Shown here one piece after another: positions 11,486-22,899 of a stretch of DNA of 64,000 nt (within the stretch, counting starts at the first letter, position 1; every line of letters starts with the position of its first letter). Below the pieces are notes generated by a model, which searched no databases, was not told the DNA's origin, and saw only the letters and a program-made list of their open reading frames with translations. The DNA is taken from NCBI GenBank assembly GCA_030324005.1, contig JARDVH010000042.1:68395687-68459686 (forward strand), given 5' to 3'. This DNA is from Negaprion brevirostris (taxonomy: Eukaryota). A program made the translations under genes and the position numbers.

Positions 11486-13589
11486 ATCGAGTACAAAGAA
11501 CAAAATCAGCCTGGGAAACAGGCCCTTCAGCCCAACGAGCCCACGCTGCCATCTCAACACCACGTCTGTACCCATGACCCCTATCTAATGTTTTATGGCC
11601 ATCCAGANNNNNNNNNNNNNNNNNNNNNNNNNNNNNNNNNNNNNNNNNNNNNNNNNNNNNNNNNNNNNNNNNNNNNNNNNNNNNNNNNNNNNNNNNNNNN
11701 NNNNNNNAATGGGGGAAGACGCGAGGGTGACAGGACCTCCATCCAACTCCATTATCCTTCACCATATCACCCCTACCAGCCTCCACCTTCCAGCCTGCCT
11801 CCAGGCAGAAGCATTAAATTCCACCCAATGTCTCATTTGAAAGATAATCTGTACACCTGACAATGCAACGTTCTCAAGAGTGCTGTGTTATATTAAATTT
11901 TATATTCAAGTCCTGGACTGGAGTTTAAACCCATGGCTTTCCAATGCTGTGGTGAAAGCCTTATCAGCTGAGCCAAGATGATCAAACTAACATGTACAAA
12001 ATGTAACTGTTTCATCATATTGGTAAATTTAAATTTGTTGATCAAGTTGGATTCATTGACAACTCCTGTTAATAACCTGTTGAGAAGTGTTTACTGTGGT
12101 TTGCAATTATAGTTAATTTTTTTTCTTTATAGCTATAAACCATAGCTGTCAGACAGTCCAGTTGACAAAATATAGGGGAGTGCTTATTTTTGCTTCTGAG
12201 TTGTTTTTAGCATGTTATTTAATATAGAATCCCCATATGGATTTTTTTGGCTATTGCTAGACATGTTTGTAGTAAACTCACAAGCAAGAAAAGCTTGTTC
12301 CCGATGGAACACAATGTCCATTTTTGACCCCCAGTCTTCAGCTTTCTTTTAGTAGTGAGATTTGTTTTTGACCTTAGGAAAGATGTTCCATCATAATTGG
12401 TGATCATTACAGGCGCCTTTCCACATATTATCACTTTTCATTCTGCGAAGTCTTCCAAACTTTCAAAGAGGCTCCAATAGGTTAGAACTGGTCTAATGCA
12501 CAATACTTAAAGCTTTGACTTTCATTTGTGGTCAAGAACAAAATTGATCCTCAGGTCTCTCATATCGGTCTCCCATATGCATTACACTTGAAAAGTGGTG
12601 ATATGGATTTTTATCTATTCGAGGCTGTAATGCAGGAATCATATCTACATTAGAATGTGTTTACTTTCCAAGATGTGAAGCAAGTAGGGAGACAATAAGA
12701 AAAAAACAAGTGCTCTACCATTGATTCTCATCAATTATATAGATTGGTTTGTATGCCCAGATCAGAATGGTCTGACATCTATCCAGTCATCAGTACACAT
12801 AAATGTGAATGCACATTATCAGTGTGATGTTTATTCTCCAATATGAAAACAATTGTCAATTGTTGGTATGGGAACGGAAATCTCTGCCACCAGTGACTGA
12901 ATTCACTTGTTAAGCAGCTCAGTTACACTGCAATCATTGACCAGAGAATTGTACAGAATAGTACAAAAATGGGAAATGGAAAGAAAAAAAATTGGAGCTG
13001 CTATAAATCTCAGTTTGCAGTGTTCTTAACATCACGTGTGGAAGGATTGGATGCTAATAATCAGGGTCAAGCCATCTATTGAAGAACTGTGGAATAGTCA
13101 AAAAAAATTAGAGAGGCAACTTCATGAGATTGAAACATTACTGGTTCAGCAGTGTGCAGCAAACTTACGATCTGAATTTCTTTAGCTTAGAATTTTAAGA
13201 ATTTAAACAAGAAAACATAGAAAGTTTAGCAATTCACATAAAAATTATTGAATTTACTAATAAAATTCTCAATGCTAATTGGCAAAAAGAAGCAGGGGGC
13301 AAAATGAGGAGAATTTCTTTCATGCATCGAGTTATGATGGCACTGCCTGAAAGATTAGTGGAAGGAGATTCAATACTCAATTTCAAAACGGAATTGGATA
13401 TATTCTTAAAAACTGACGAAAAGCAGGATTGTGGGAAAAGAGCAAAGCAGTAGGGAACCAATAGAGGACAAACACGTGTGGTTTTGTTCTGGAAATACTA
13501 GAAATCATTAAGGATTTGGAAGATCTCAGGTGTCTCTTGCCTAATTAATTCGTATATCTGACTGAACCAGACTTCACATAACCTTTTGC

Positions 13590-14730
13590 ATTTATTTCAC
13601 CCTGAGCTAAGCTTCCTTTTCATCAGCAAGGTCATTTACTTCCCTCTCTGTAATACCATCCATCTACTTTGCCTTAAGTTAAATTCTCATCCTTGCTTTT
13701 GTAGAGCAGGCTATTCCAATACCTTCCGGACTGGTCTCCCCTTTTCCACACTGCATAAGCTTAAGTTCATACAAAATTTTTATACGTTAATTTGCACCAA
13801 ATCTCATTTATCCAACATCCCTGTGTTCTATTGACTCCTGGTCCAGCAATACCTTGAAGTTAAAATTCTCATCCTCCTGTTCAAATCCCTCCTTGGCTTC
13901 ATGTCTCCCTATTTTGAATCTTATTAGCCCTCCATCCTCTTAGAACTTGGCTTTCCTCCAATTCAGGCCTCTTGTGCACCCCGCTATTTCCTTCACTGCA
14001 GAAGAGTTTTCCAAGAATGGTTCCAGGGGTGAGAAACTTCTGTTATGAGGGTAGATTGGAGAGGTTTCGACAGTACTTCATGGAGAGAAAAAGGCAAAGA
14101 GAGGACTTGATAGAGAAGTTTAAAATCATGAGGGGGGGCTGGACAGAGTAAATGGGGAGAAACTTTTAACCCATCGTAAAAGAATCAAGAACGAGAGGGC
14201 ATAGATTTAAGGTGATTTGCAGAAGAAGCTAATGTGATATTATTAAAAAACTTTAACACAATCGGTGGCTTGGGTCTGGAATGCACTGACTTGGAATTGT
14301 GGTGGAGGGAAGTTTAATCGAAGCTTTCAAGAGGTCATTAGGTGATTGTTTCTGTTCAAGTAATGTGCAGGGGTATGGGAAAAGGCGGAGGAATGGAGCT
14401 AAGTCATGATGCTCGTTTGGAGAGCCAATACATGAAACAATGGGCCAAATGTCCTCCTTCTGTGCCATAACAGTTCTGACATTCTGTGATTCTATGATTC
14501 ACCCTTGGAGCTATGTTTTCAGGTATTTAGGACCTAAACCCTGCCATTCTTTCCCTAAATCTTCCTGTTTCCCTAGTTAAGATTATAACTCTTTGACCAA
14601 GGCTTTGTTTGGTCACATATCCTAATATCTCCTTATGTGACTAAGTGTCAGGTTTTATCCAATTTTTCTCACTCCTGTGAAGTGCCTTGGGATGATTTAC
14701 TATGTTAAAGGTACTATTTGAGTGCAAGTG
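13590..14730 (+). mobile_element. L2-like LINE 3' fragment interrupted by a CR1 insertion
   Basis: YSN..L.GLP...LHKL..IQN-like remnant at about 13710-13780 and an L2-type tail gtgaagtgccttgggatg...tatgttaaaggtactat. Confidence 0.55.
14000..14500 (+). mobile_element. CR1 LINE 3' end
   Basis: RMVPG..YEGRLE..DLIE.FKIMRG remnant, 3' UTR hairpin ggccaaatgtcctcc and short-repeat tail. Confidence 0.8.
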
Positions 14731-16218
14731 GTTATCAAGACTCATTAGTGACACATCTTATTTGAGTTGTGCAGGAAATGTTGAAATAAGCCAAAATTTA
14801 TTCTTAAATGGTTTTCAAGAATTTAAGACAAGTATGAAGAAAATATTATCATGCTTGGCATTAACTTTTTAATCTCTACCATAGCACACAGAGAAGAGAA
14901 GGTTTCAATGCTGGCTATTGGTGAGTCTGAGAAGTGTCCACATGAAGATCTACTAACTGACCATGATCTCTTCAACTTAGCATACTGTGGTGTATCATTT
15001 ATGCTTGAGCAGAGAAAATTGCTGTAAGCAATGCTGTCAACATTTTCTCTTCATTTCTTTCCCCTGATTTCTCTTTTCATGCTTTGTCTCTCTTTTTGCC
15101 CACCTTTTTCTTGCGCATGCACGCTCTCTCCTCTCCATCTTTTTCTCTTTTCCCCTACCATCCCACCCCCCCCAACCCAACTTTTTGCACTCATCTCTAT
15201 TTTTTTAAATAAAGAAGCATTTTTTTTCAGGGTTATTGATTGAGAGAGGATATGTGGCCAATAATTTTCCCAGAGAAGTTGCATTTCTTTTTGGAATTGT
15301 ATCAGAAATTGAGTTTTTCAGTGCTTTGGGCAAAGCTATGTTGGTAGAATGGGAGTGAGTTCTCAGAAATTTGTGGCTTAGGTCAACAATAATGATTTCG
15401 TTGAATGAAGGAAAAGGAGGTGAAATCTTCTCTTTCCTTTCCCTTTCTTCTTTAAAAAAAAGCAGTATAGGGGAAATGCCTAATAAACAGAAGATATACT
15501 GAAGAACAGTTTCACACAAAAGTGTCAGATCCATATTGGGGTGAGAAAGGATAAAAAGGTGAGGGGTAGAAATGCAGAGAAATGCCAACTCTTCGATAAA
15601 GCTGTCTAATTAGTTCCATTCCCCTGTTCTTCCTCACAGTTCCGCAAATCTTTCCTTTTTTATGTGTATACCCAATTTCATATTGAAACGAACATGATCC
15701 TTTACCTTGTTGTTAATTTCTCTCACTTCTCACTTGCCTTTTGTTGGAAGCAGAACAACACAAGATGATGGGTTGGTGATGCTGCTGATCAGGGGAGAAC
15801 AGGTTGTAAAAGCAGCAGTGGAACACACACCAATGTGACAAATTTGGAGAGCTTGAAAACAGGACATGATTAGCCCTGGGAAAAATGGAGTCATTTACTG
15901 TTTAAGTGTGTTCATGAGAGATGGATCTGGGAGATTGGGGATTTGGGAATGCTCATTATAACTGGAACTTGGGAATGTTGCAGGGAGGTGAAGTGATATA
16001 GTCTGGCAACATTATGAAAGAAGCAAGAGTGTACGGAAGACTTTGGATAAGCTAGGGTCTAAGAGAACTCCAGAGAGAGTGGGATCACTGTGTTTCCTGG
16101 CACTGCAGTATTAGAAGGTGACTCCACGGAAGTGTGGGGTTTGGTATTTGTTTGGTATTTCGGAGGAGGGGTGAGGGCTGGGGTTCAGAAAAGGAGGAGT
16201 TACACTTATATAGAGACT

Positions 16219-17687
16219 GGGCAAAATTTTACCATTGAATTGGTCCACACAGCAGCCGGAAATAGGTGTTGGGAGCATGCATGGCCGGCCAGTGGGACTG
16301 CTCCCTCAATTTTCCCAATGGCAGCACTGAATGAGCTGCTGCTGGCTTTGCCATCTGTTACAGTATGGCTGGCACCTCAGCAGAATCGCAAGGAGCGGTG
16401 GCCACTGTTAACATGTGCAGGGACCCTGGAGCCTACAGAGGATAGGCTGAAGACATTTCTAAAAAATACATTTAACAGCACCCTGATAGAAGANNNNNNN
16501 NNNNNNNNNNNNNNNNNNNNNNNNNNNNNNNNNNNNNNNNNNNNNNNNNNNNNNNNNNNNNNNNNNNNNNNNNNNNNNNNNNNNNNNNNNNNNNNNNNNN
16601 NNNNNNNNNNNNNNNNNNNNNNNNNNNNNNNNNNNNNNNNNNNNNNNNNNNNNNNNNNNNNNNNNNNNNNNNNNNNNNNNNNNNNNNNNNNNNNNNNNNN
16701 NNNNNNNNNNNNNNNNNNNNNNNNNNNNNNNNNNNNNNNNNNNNNNNNNNNNNNNNNNNNNNNNNNNNNNNNNNNNNNNNNNNNNNNNNNNNNNNNNNNN
16801 NNNNNNNNNNNNNNNNNNNNNNNNNNNNNNNNNNNNNNNNNNNNNNNNNNNNNNNNNNNNNNNNNNNNNNNNNNNNNNNNNNNNNNNNNNNNNNNNNNNN
16901 NNNNNNNNNNNNNNNNNNNNNNNNNNNNNNNNNNNNNNNNNNNNNNNNNNNNNNNNNNNNNNNNNNNNNNNNNNNNNNNNNNNNNNNNNNNNNNNNNNNN
17001 NNNNNNNNNNNNNNNNNNNNAGCACATACAGCGGGCAGCATTTTCCCAAAAATTGGCCAAATGTCAGGTCCAGTCAGAAAACTGGTGTGTTGGGCAGGTT
17101 TCCTGATGAGACCTTCTCACACTTTGCCATTATTTTGAAGGAGGGTGCGTTTTGCGGTTTCATTGTGAGAGATGCCTAAATATGCTACAAGCCTGGCTTT
17201 ACTGAGATCGGGGTGCCATTTTTAAAGGGTGCCCAAACTCAAATTGAATTCAAAGGCCCCCCTGACCCCAGACATAAATCAACAGCATGAACTCCCTCTC
17301 GCCCTTCCCTACATAGATTGCTGGCACTGAGGTCCACCCCTTGGCAGTGCCAACCGGCAGTGCCGTGTTCCCAACCACTTGGGGGCTGCAATGGCCTCTG
17401 AGCCTCCTGCCATGGTCATCACGTCTGGTTTCCAAAGCAGTAGTGATTCCTACCACCTTTATGTGACGGGCATGTGACGTTCTCAGACAATTCGGTATTA
17501 AGCTGATTTTGCATATTTAAATATGTTTAAATCCATGGTAATCAAGTTTACACCTTTGCGGGGTGTGAAAATAATTGTGTCTGCTGGGAGGGAAGATTGC
17601 AGACTGTTCTGTGCCCATTTCCAACCTATTGTTGAGTTCTGGCATGGCGGGATTTATGCTAAGTGTAATGGGACCAAAAATCTGCCC
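16219..17687. mobile_element. Non-autonomous DNA transposon (probably PIF/Harbinger-related), spans a gap
   Basis: Terminal inverted repeats GGGCAAAATTTT ... AAAAATCTGCCC. Confidence 0.55.
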
Positions 17688-17841
17688 CCAGTGTCTGCAG
17701 TTTCATCTGGAGAACGCAAAGCAGCCAAGGAGCTGCATCCAGAGTGAGAGGACAGACAGAACAAATATCGTGATTTCCTACGGAATGGGCAGTTAATTGT
17801 TTGGTTGCATAGAATTTGCTTTTTGTTGTAAAAAGAGATAT

Positions 17842-18722
17842 GGGGCGGGATTTTATGACCTCTTTGTGCCCGTTTTGTGGTGGGAAAATGTTGTAAAATC
17901 GGGTATAATGTGGCTAGTGGGAATGGCGCCTGTTTTCATGCCTGTCACGATTTTATGACACCTGGATTTCTGGTGCAGTCAGCCTCTCGCCAGAAATGGG
18001 CAAGCGGCTGATTAATTAATTTAATTTTGTTAAAATGGTGTTTTGAATGTGTTTAGCGAGCTTGGTGCTGAATTGTCTGGGCTTTCTTGCCTTTCTGGTC
18101 TCACTGAGACAGGTTCTCACTGGCAAGGAGCAGTCGTGTTGTCCTCACCGGTTGAACCGGAGGCCATTGAGGCCCCTTGGAGAAGTGGAAGGTGGGGGTG
18201 GCCCTGGCACCTTGGCAATGCCAGCATGGTGGGACCAATGGGGGGTGTGACAGAGGTGGGGTCAATGGGGTAGGGAGGCCCATTGCCACTCTGCCTGTGA
18301 TTGGTGGGGGAGGGCAGGGGGTGCTGCGATTGGTGTGTGTGGTGGGGAAGAGCAGAGTTGGCTGCAACTCAGACCGCAGGTCCCCATGATTGAGGAAGGG
18401 AGGGGGGGGGAGCAAAGTTAGTTGAGATGCCTGCAATAACAGGATCCTGACAGCTCTCTCTCTCTATCTGCCAGACCCCAGCTATTGTTAATGGCCATGT
18501 GCTGCATCAGAGGTGCACACAGGCACAATATCTCCCTCAACAGACTGTCTGGTGAGTTAAGCCCCACCCACAGCCCCTTTGGCTCGAAACTGACTAGCCC
18601 ATCCTTTCAGAGAGAGTGCATATAAGGTTGGGTGTGAAAACTCACCCGAGAAATGGATCCGGAATTCCCCCATTTTCAGATTAGCTGGACACTTCGAAAG
18701 AAAATCTCATAAAATTCCACTC
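17842..18722. mobile_element. Non-autonomous DNA transposon (probably PIF/Harbinger-related)
   Basis: Termini GGGGCGGGATTTTATGA ... TCATAAAATTCCACTC; GC-rich interior resembling other such elements in the window. Confidence 0.6.
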
Positions 18723-18723
18723 A

Positions 18724-19057
18724 TGCTGTCTAATCATTTCATCTTGCTCTCATCAGAACAGATTGTGAGATTACCAACAGTAAAGGGAATAATAATTTCC
18801 ACTGCATGAGAAGGGAGTGCTGATTGATCAAGTCTTGCTTGACAACCAATCAGAGTTGACCTGTCTGATCTGAATTTGAACAGTAGCTTGGCAGTTAACT
18901 GTTCCAAGCATTCTCCATGGCATTGCCTCAACCAATCAAAGTCCACCTGCCAACTGATCAGCACTTCCTTCTCATGCAGTGTGAATTGTTGTTCCTTTTA
19001 CTATGTATATTCATTTGATCTGTCATGTGGAATGCAAGATGAATAGATTAGTCAGCA
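18724..19057. repeat. Palindromic element of about 330 bp with hammerhead-like motifs at both ends
   Basis: cactgcatgagaagggagtgctgat / atcagcacttccttctcatgcagtg arms around a central ttggcagttaactgttccaa; left end reads CTGATGA..GAAA on the minus strand. Confidence 0.65.
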
Positions 19058-19059
19058 CA

Positions 19060-19195
19060 GGGGGATTTTTTCGGTAATTTTTGCCGGTGGGGTTTTCTGG
19101 TCCCTTTGCAGTGAACGAAGACTTGGCTAAACGCCAAATTGTCCTTCCTTGCTTGCAGCAGCAGCGGGGCATGAATGGCTGGAAGATTCCAGCCC
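19060..19195. mobile_element. Short MITE-like element
   Basis: GGGGGATTTTTTC ... GGAAGATTCCAGCCC termini; similar to 33687-33880 and 49576-49688. Confidence 0.45.
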
Positions 19196-19849
19196 ATATC
19201 ACTCTCCTTTTTCAGCAATAGTTAAGCATGGACAGTCATTAGATCCTATAGGAGAGTGACAATAAGTAATGAAAAGGAATTGCCAGCTAAAAAATATGAC
19301 AGACAGTTGATCTATGGGACAAAACCTATTGGATGTGTTTTCAAAAGGAATAGTTGTACAAACATTACTTTTAGCAATTTCAGTGAGCATATATTTCCAA
19401 AGAGCAGTGTATTTGTGCATTAATTTCATAGTCTAAATATTAATTTTCCTTTGTTGCTGTAGAACTCTCTCTTGTAAATATGGCTTTATATTAGAGTTAT
19501 CTCTCTTGGAGTTGAGTTAGTGTGATGCATCGCTATCTCTGCCTCATAAATTCTGAAAATCATCTATCCTCAGTACNNNNNNNNNNNNNNNNNNNNNNNN
19601 NNNNNNNNNNNNNNNNNNNNNNNNNNNNNNNNNNNNNNNNNNNNNNNNNNNNNNNNNNNNNNNNNNNNNNNNNNNNCAGTACAAACAATGCACCAACTTT
19701 GATCATGAAAGCCTGCCTCTCCCATGTTGAGTATGTGGCAACTTACTCGGACTCAATGCATTTCTTTTTCTGACTATACTTGCACTTCTGTGTGAATGTT
19801 CATTTCCTGATCACAACATCTAATGTGGAATCACATCACAAAGTCACGA

Positions 19850-20445
19850 GAGGGGTAACATAGCTGCAGTTATATTACAGGGCCAGTAATCCTGAGTCTT
19901 GGACTAATAATCCAGACAACGTGAATTCAAATCTCACCTTGGCAGTCTGAGAATTTGAATTTGGTTCTTTTTAAAATCTGGAATGAAAAGATAGCATTAG
20001 TATGAGTGACTCCACAAAATAAACCTGTTGGACTTCAACCTAGTGTTGTGAGACTTCTTACTGTGTTTACCCCAGTCCAACGCCAGCAGCTCCACATCAT
20101 GACTGCACAGATGTCAAATTCTCATAAGAGCAGTCCATAAACACTGTTTCAAGAAGGTGGTATGCTACGACCTTCTAAAGAGCAATTAAGGATGGACACT
20201 AATTGCTGGCCTTGCCAAGGAGGCTGTCAGACAGTGAGCAAATAAGAATAAAAAATATCTTTTAGGAAAGGAAACCTAAATTTTTACCTGGTCTGTGACA
20301 CCAATCCCCCATCAACATGATTGATTCTTAACTGCCCTCTGAAACGGTCAAACAAGCCACTCAGTTGTATCAAACTGTACCACCTCTTCCACTGGAAATT
20401 GTCGATGATTGCCAGTCTTGCCAATGATGTCCTTATCCCAATATG
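19850..20445 (+). mobile_element. SINE of a second family, with a nested Penelope-like tail at about 20017-20100
   Basis: tRNA-like head (ggactaataatccagac..gaattcaaatctcacc) and core ggaaaggaaacc..acctggtctg..ttaactgccctctgaaa, also seen at about 23380-23470. Confidence 0.55.
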
Positions 20446-20989
20446 TGAGACGCTTCCAGCAACATTGAATGCAATCTGGGGGAAGGGTACAGTGAATAAC
20501 GAAATCATCTTTAGATTCGGACTGGGCATTTCAGATGATAGAGCCATTTTGAGCAAGTCAGAGTAAAGGAATCAGAGCTACACTAATATCCAAAGAACCA
20601 ATTAGGCTCGAAGAATATCTGTAGTGATTGCACAGTATAGTTTCATTGTAGTTGATATGTCAAGTCTGTATTCTACAGTGCTACTTAGGTAGTGTTCACT
20701 GAAGGTGGTGTCAATGAGACAATTAATAGAAGTCCTCCATGTCTCACAATTAATATAAACACACACTCGATATTCTGCCTTGTGGGGATTATCCAGAATT
20801 TATAATGGAAATGGTATTGTGCAACATTTGGCAGCACCCTGTAATTCTTTTCAATTTCTGAAAGCTTAAATTACCCTATGGCTACATGGTTGCAGCCAAG
20901 AGAATGTTTTCTCACTTGAATATTGCTAAAATAAGAGACATGTTGCTAAAGCTTTCCATCTTACATGGGAGCTTGGGAGCTTATAATTC

Positions 20990-21190
20990 CTCCATTGCTC
21001 TTTCCATGGCAACATCTCATCCAATCAGAATCGACTTGCCAATCAATCAATGCTTTTATCTCCAGTAGTGTAGATTATTGTGATTGTTTGAAATTTGTCA
21101 TTCTCGCAATTGTCCTGATGCATGCAAGATGAAAAGCTTCGACAACATCTCTGTTCTCACAATTGTTCAAGTTCTGTACTCCCAAGTGAC
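20990..21190 (+). repeat. Single-arm copy of the 18724-19057 family ending in a minimal hammerhead-like motif
   Basis: ccatggcaac..ccaatcaga is shared with about 18915-18945; TTGTC-CTGATGC-ATGCAAGAT-GAAAAGCTTC-GACAA at 21110-21145. Confidence 0.6.
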
Positions 21191-22899
21191 TGATTTTTCT
21201 TATGTGAATTCAGATAGTCCCAATTTGCAGAAAAGAAAATGGTCAATTTTTTTTAAGCACTAATTCGAGAAGTCATTAGGTAGCTGGATAGTAGTGTCAC
21301 CCCTTGGATGAGTGTCATACATTTTGAAGGGTGATTTGTTATAAACAATGCTGGTAGCTTTTTGTATTGGTTTCCCCCTCCGACAAGTACATCATATTTA
21401 AAATCCGCATCCTTCTATTAAACTCCTCCATGACTTTCCATGTTGTTATCCCCTTCTACCACCTCGCTTAAAACTCATCTTTTTCAATGAGTGTGAATTC
21501 AACCCTGCCACTATTTCCATTATTTGACTTGAGTGTCTTTTTGCTTCATTAAGGATACTTTTCTTTGTTAAAGTTTTTTTGTAAATTCAAATGATTATTC
21601 CTCTGCACATCACCCTCCCACTCTGTCCCATCCTCTGCATGAATGCAGCTTATATCTAAACATATATAATACATATATATGCATGTATACATAATGTGAG
21701 GGTGTATACATTCAATATATAAACCAAATATATTGTATACTATATATGGCTATTGTGCAGTTAACTTATTATGGACTGTGCTTGATATTAAGGTTGGGAG
21801 TCTTTCTTCACAGGTTTTAAGGAGGGGGTCAGAGGGACAAATAACAATGGGAAGTGCTTTTAATACACAGCCTTGACTTTGCCATATAAATCTCTTTTAG
21901 ACCTCTCAAAAGTATCTACATGATTTTTTTTAATCATACACTTTGAATGTGTGTGTTAACATGGTGAATGTAGCCACTGCTGTATTGGTTGAGCTTCCAA
22001 TGTTCTTCGAAAACTCTAATATTTTAGGTGGTAACATCTTATGAATAGACTTAAACACTGCATATATACATAAAATTAACTTATCAATGGATAAGAATAA
22101 TGTATAATGCTCTGTCTTGCAAAAATGGCATTGTGGTTCTCAAAGGATTAAGCGAGGAGCTGACTGACGGACCATCTAATAATTGGAGTAATAAATCTGT
22201 GAACATAGATAACTGTATGCCAACTGATTCTGATTGAACTTGACAAAGTACCTTTTTAATGTATCTCTACATCCAGCCTGGCCCTGGCTTTACCACTGAT
22301 TCCTAAAACCCATCATCACATTTTGTGAAGTTGCCATGTAAATATGTAAATAAATATTATTTCAGAATTGTATTATAACAGCAATCAATTGGCAGTGTTA
22401 CTGATTATATATTCAGCAGCAAAATTTGTTGAATTCAGATGAACAGATTTTAAATGGCTAATTAATTGTTGTTTCTGTTGTATTTGTATCACTATGCCCA
22501 AATGTTTGAGTGAACGTAAAAAATAAGTGCAGAAATTTGGTCCCTTGAACTATTCTGATATTCACAAGATCATGACTGATGTTCGACCTCAGCTGCTCCT
22601 GTCTGCGCTATCCTCATATCTTTTAATTCCCTTAAAGTTGGATGGATATTTGGGTATTGTCTTGAATATATTCAAAAACTGAGCATTCACCACTCTCTGG
22701 GGCAGAGAAGAAATGATTAGGCAAGATCTTCTGCTCAGGTGTCTATTTTGGCTGAAAAATGTGAGCTAATCAGAGATACAGAGAGAAATAGGGGGAGAGA
22801 GATGAGTGACTGTGCTAAAAGTGGAAGGTTTCCTGTTCATATTGAATGAATCACATCTGGAGTGACTTATCCTCATTTTCATTGGGGACAGGGGGAAAG

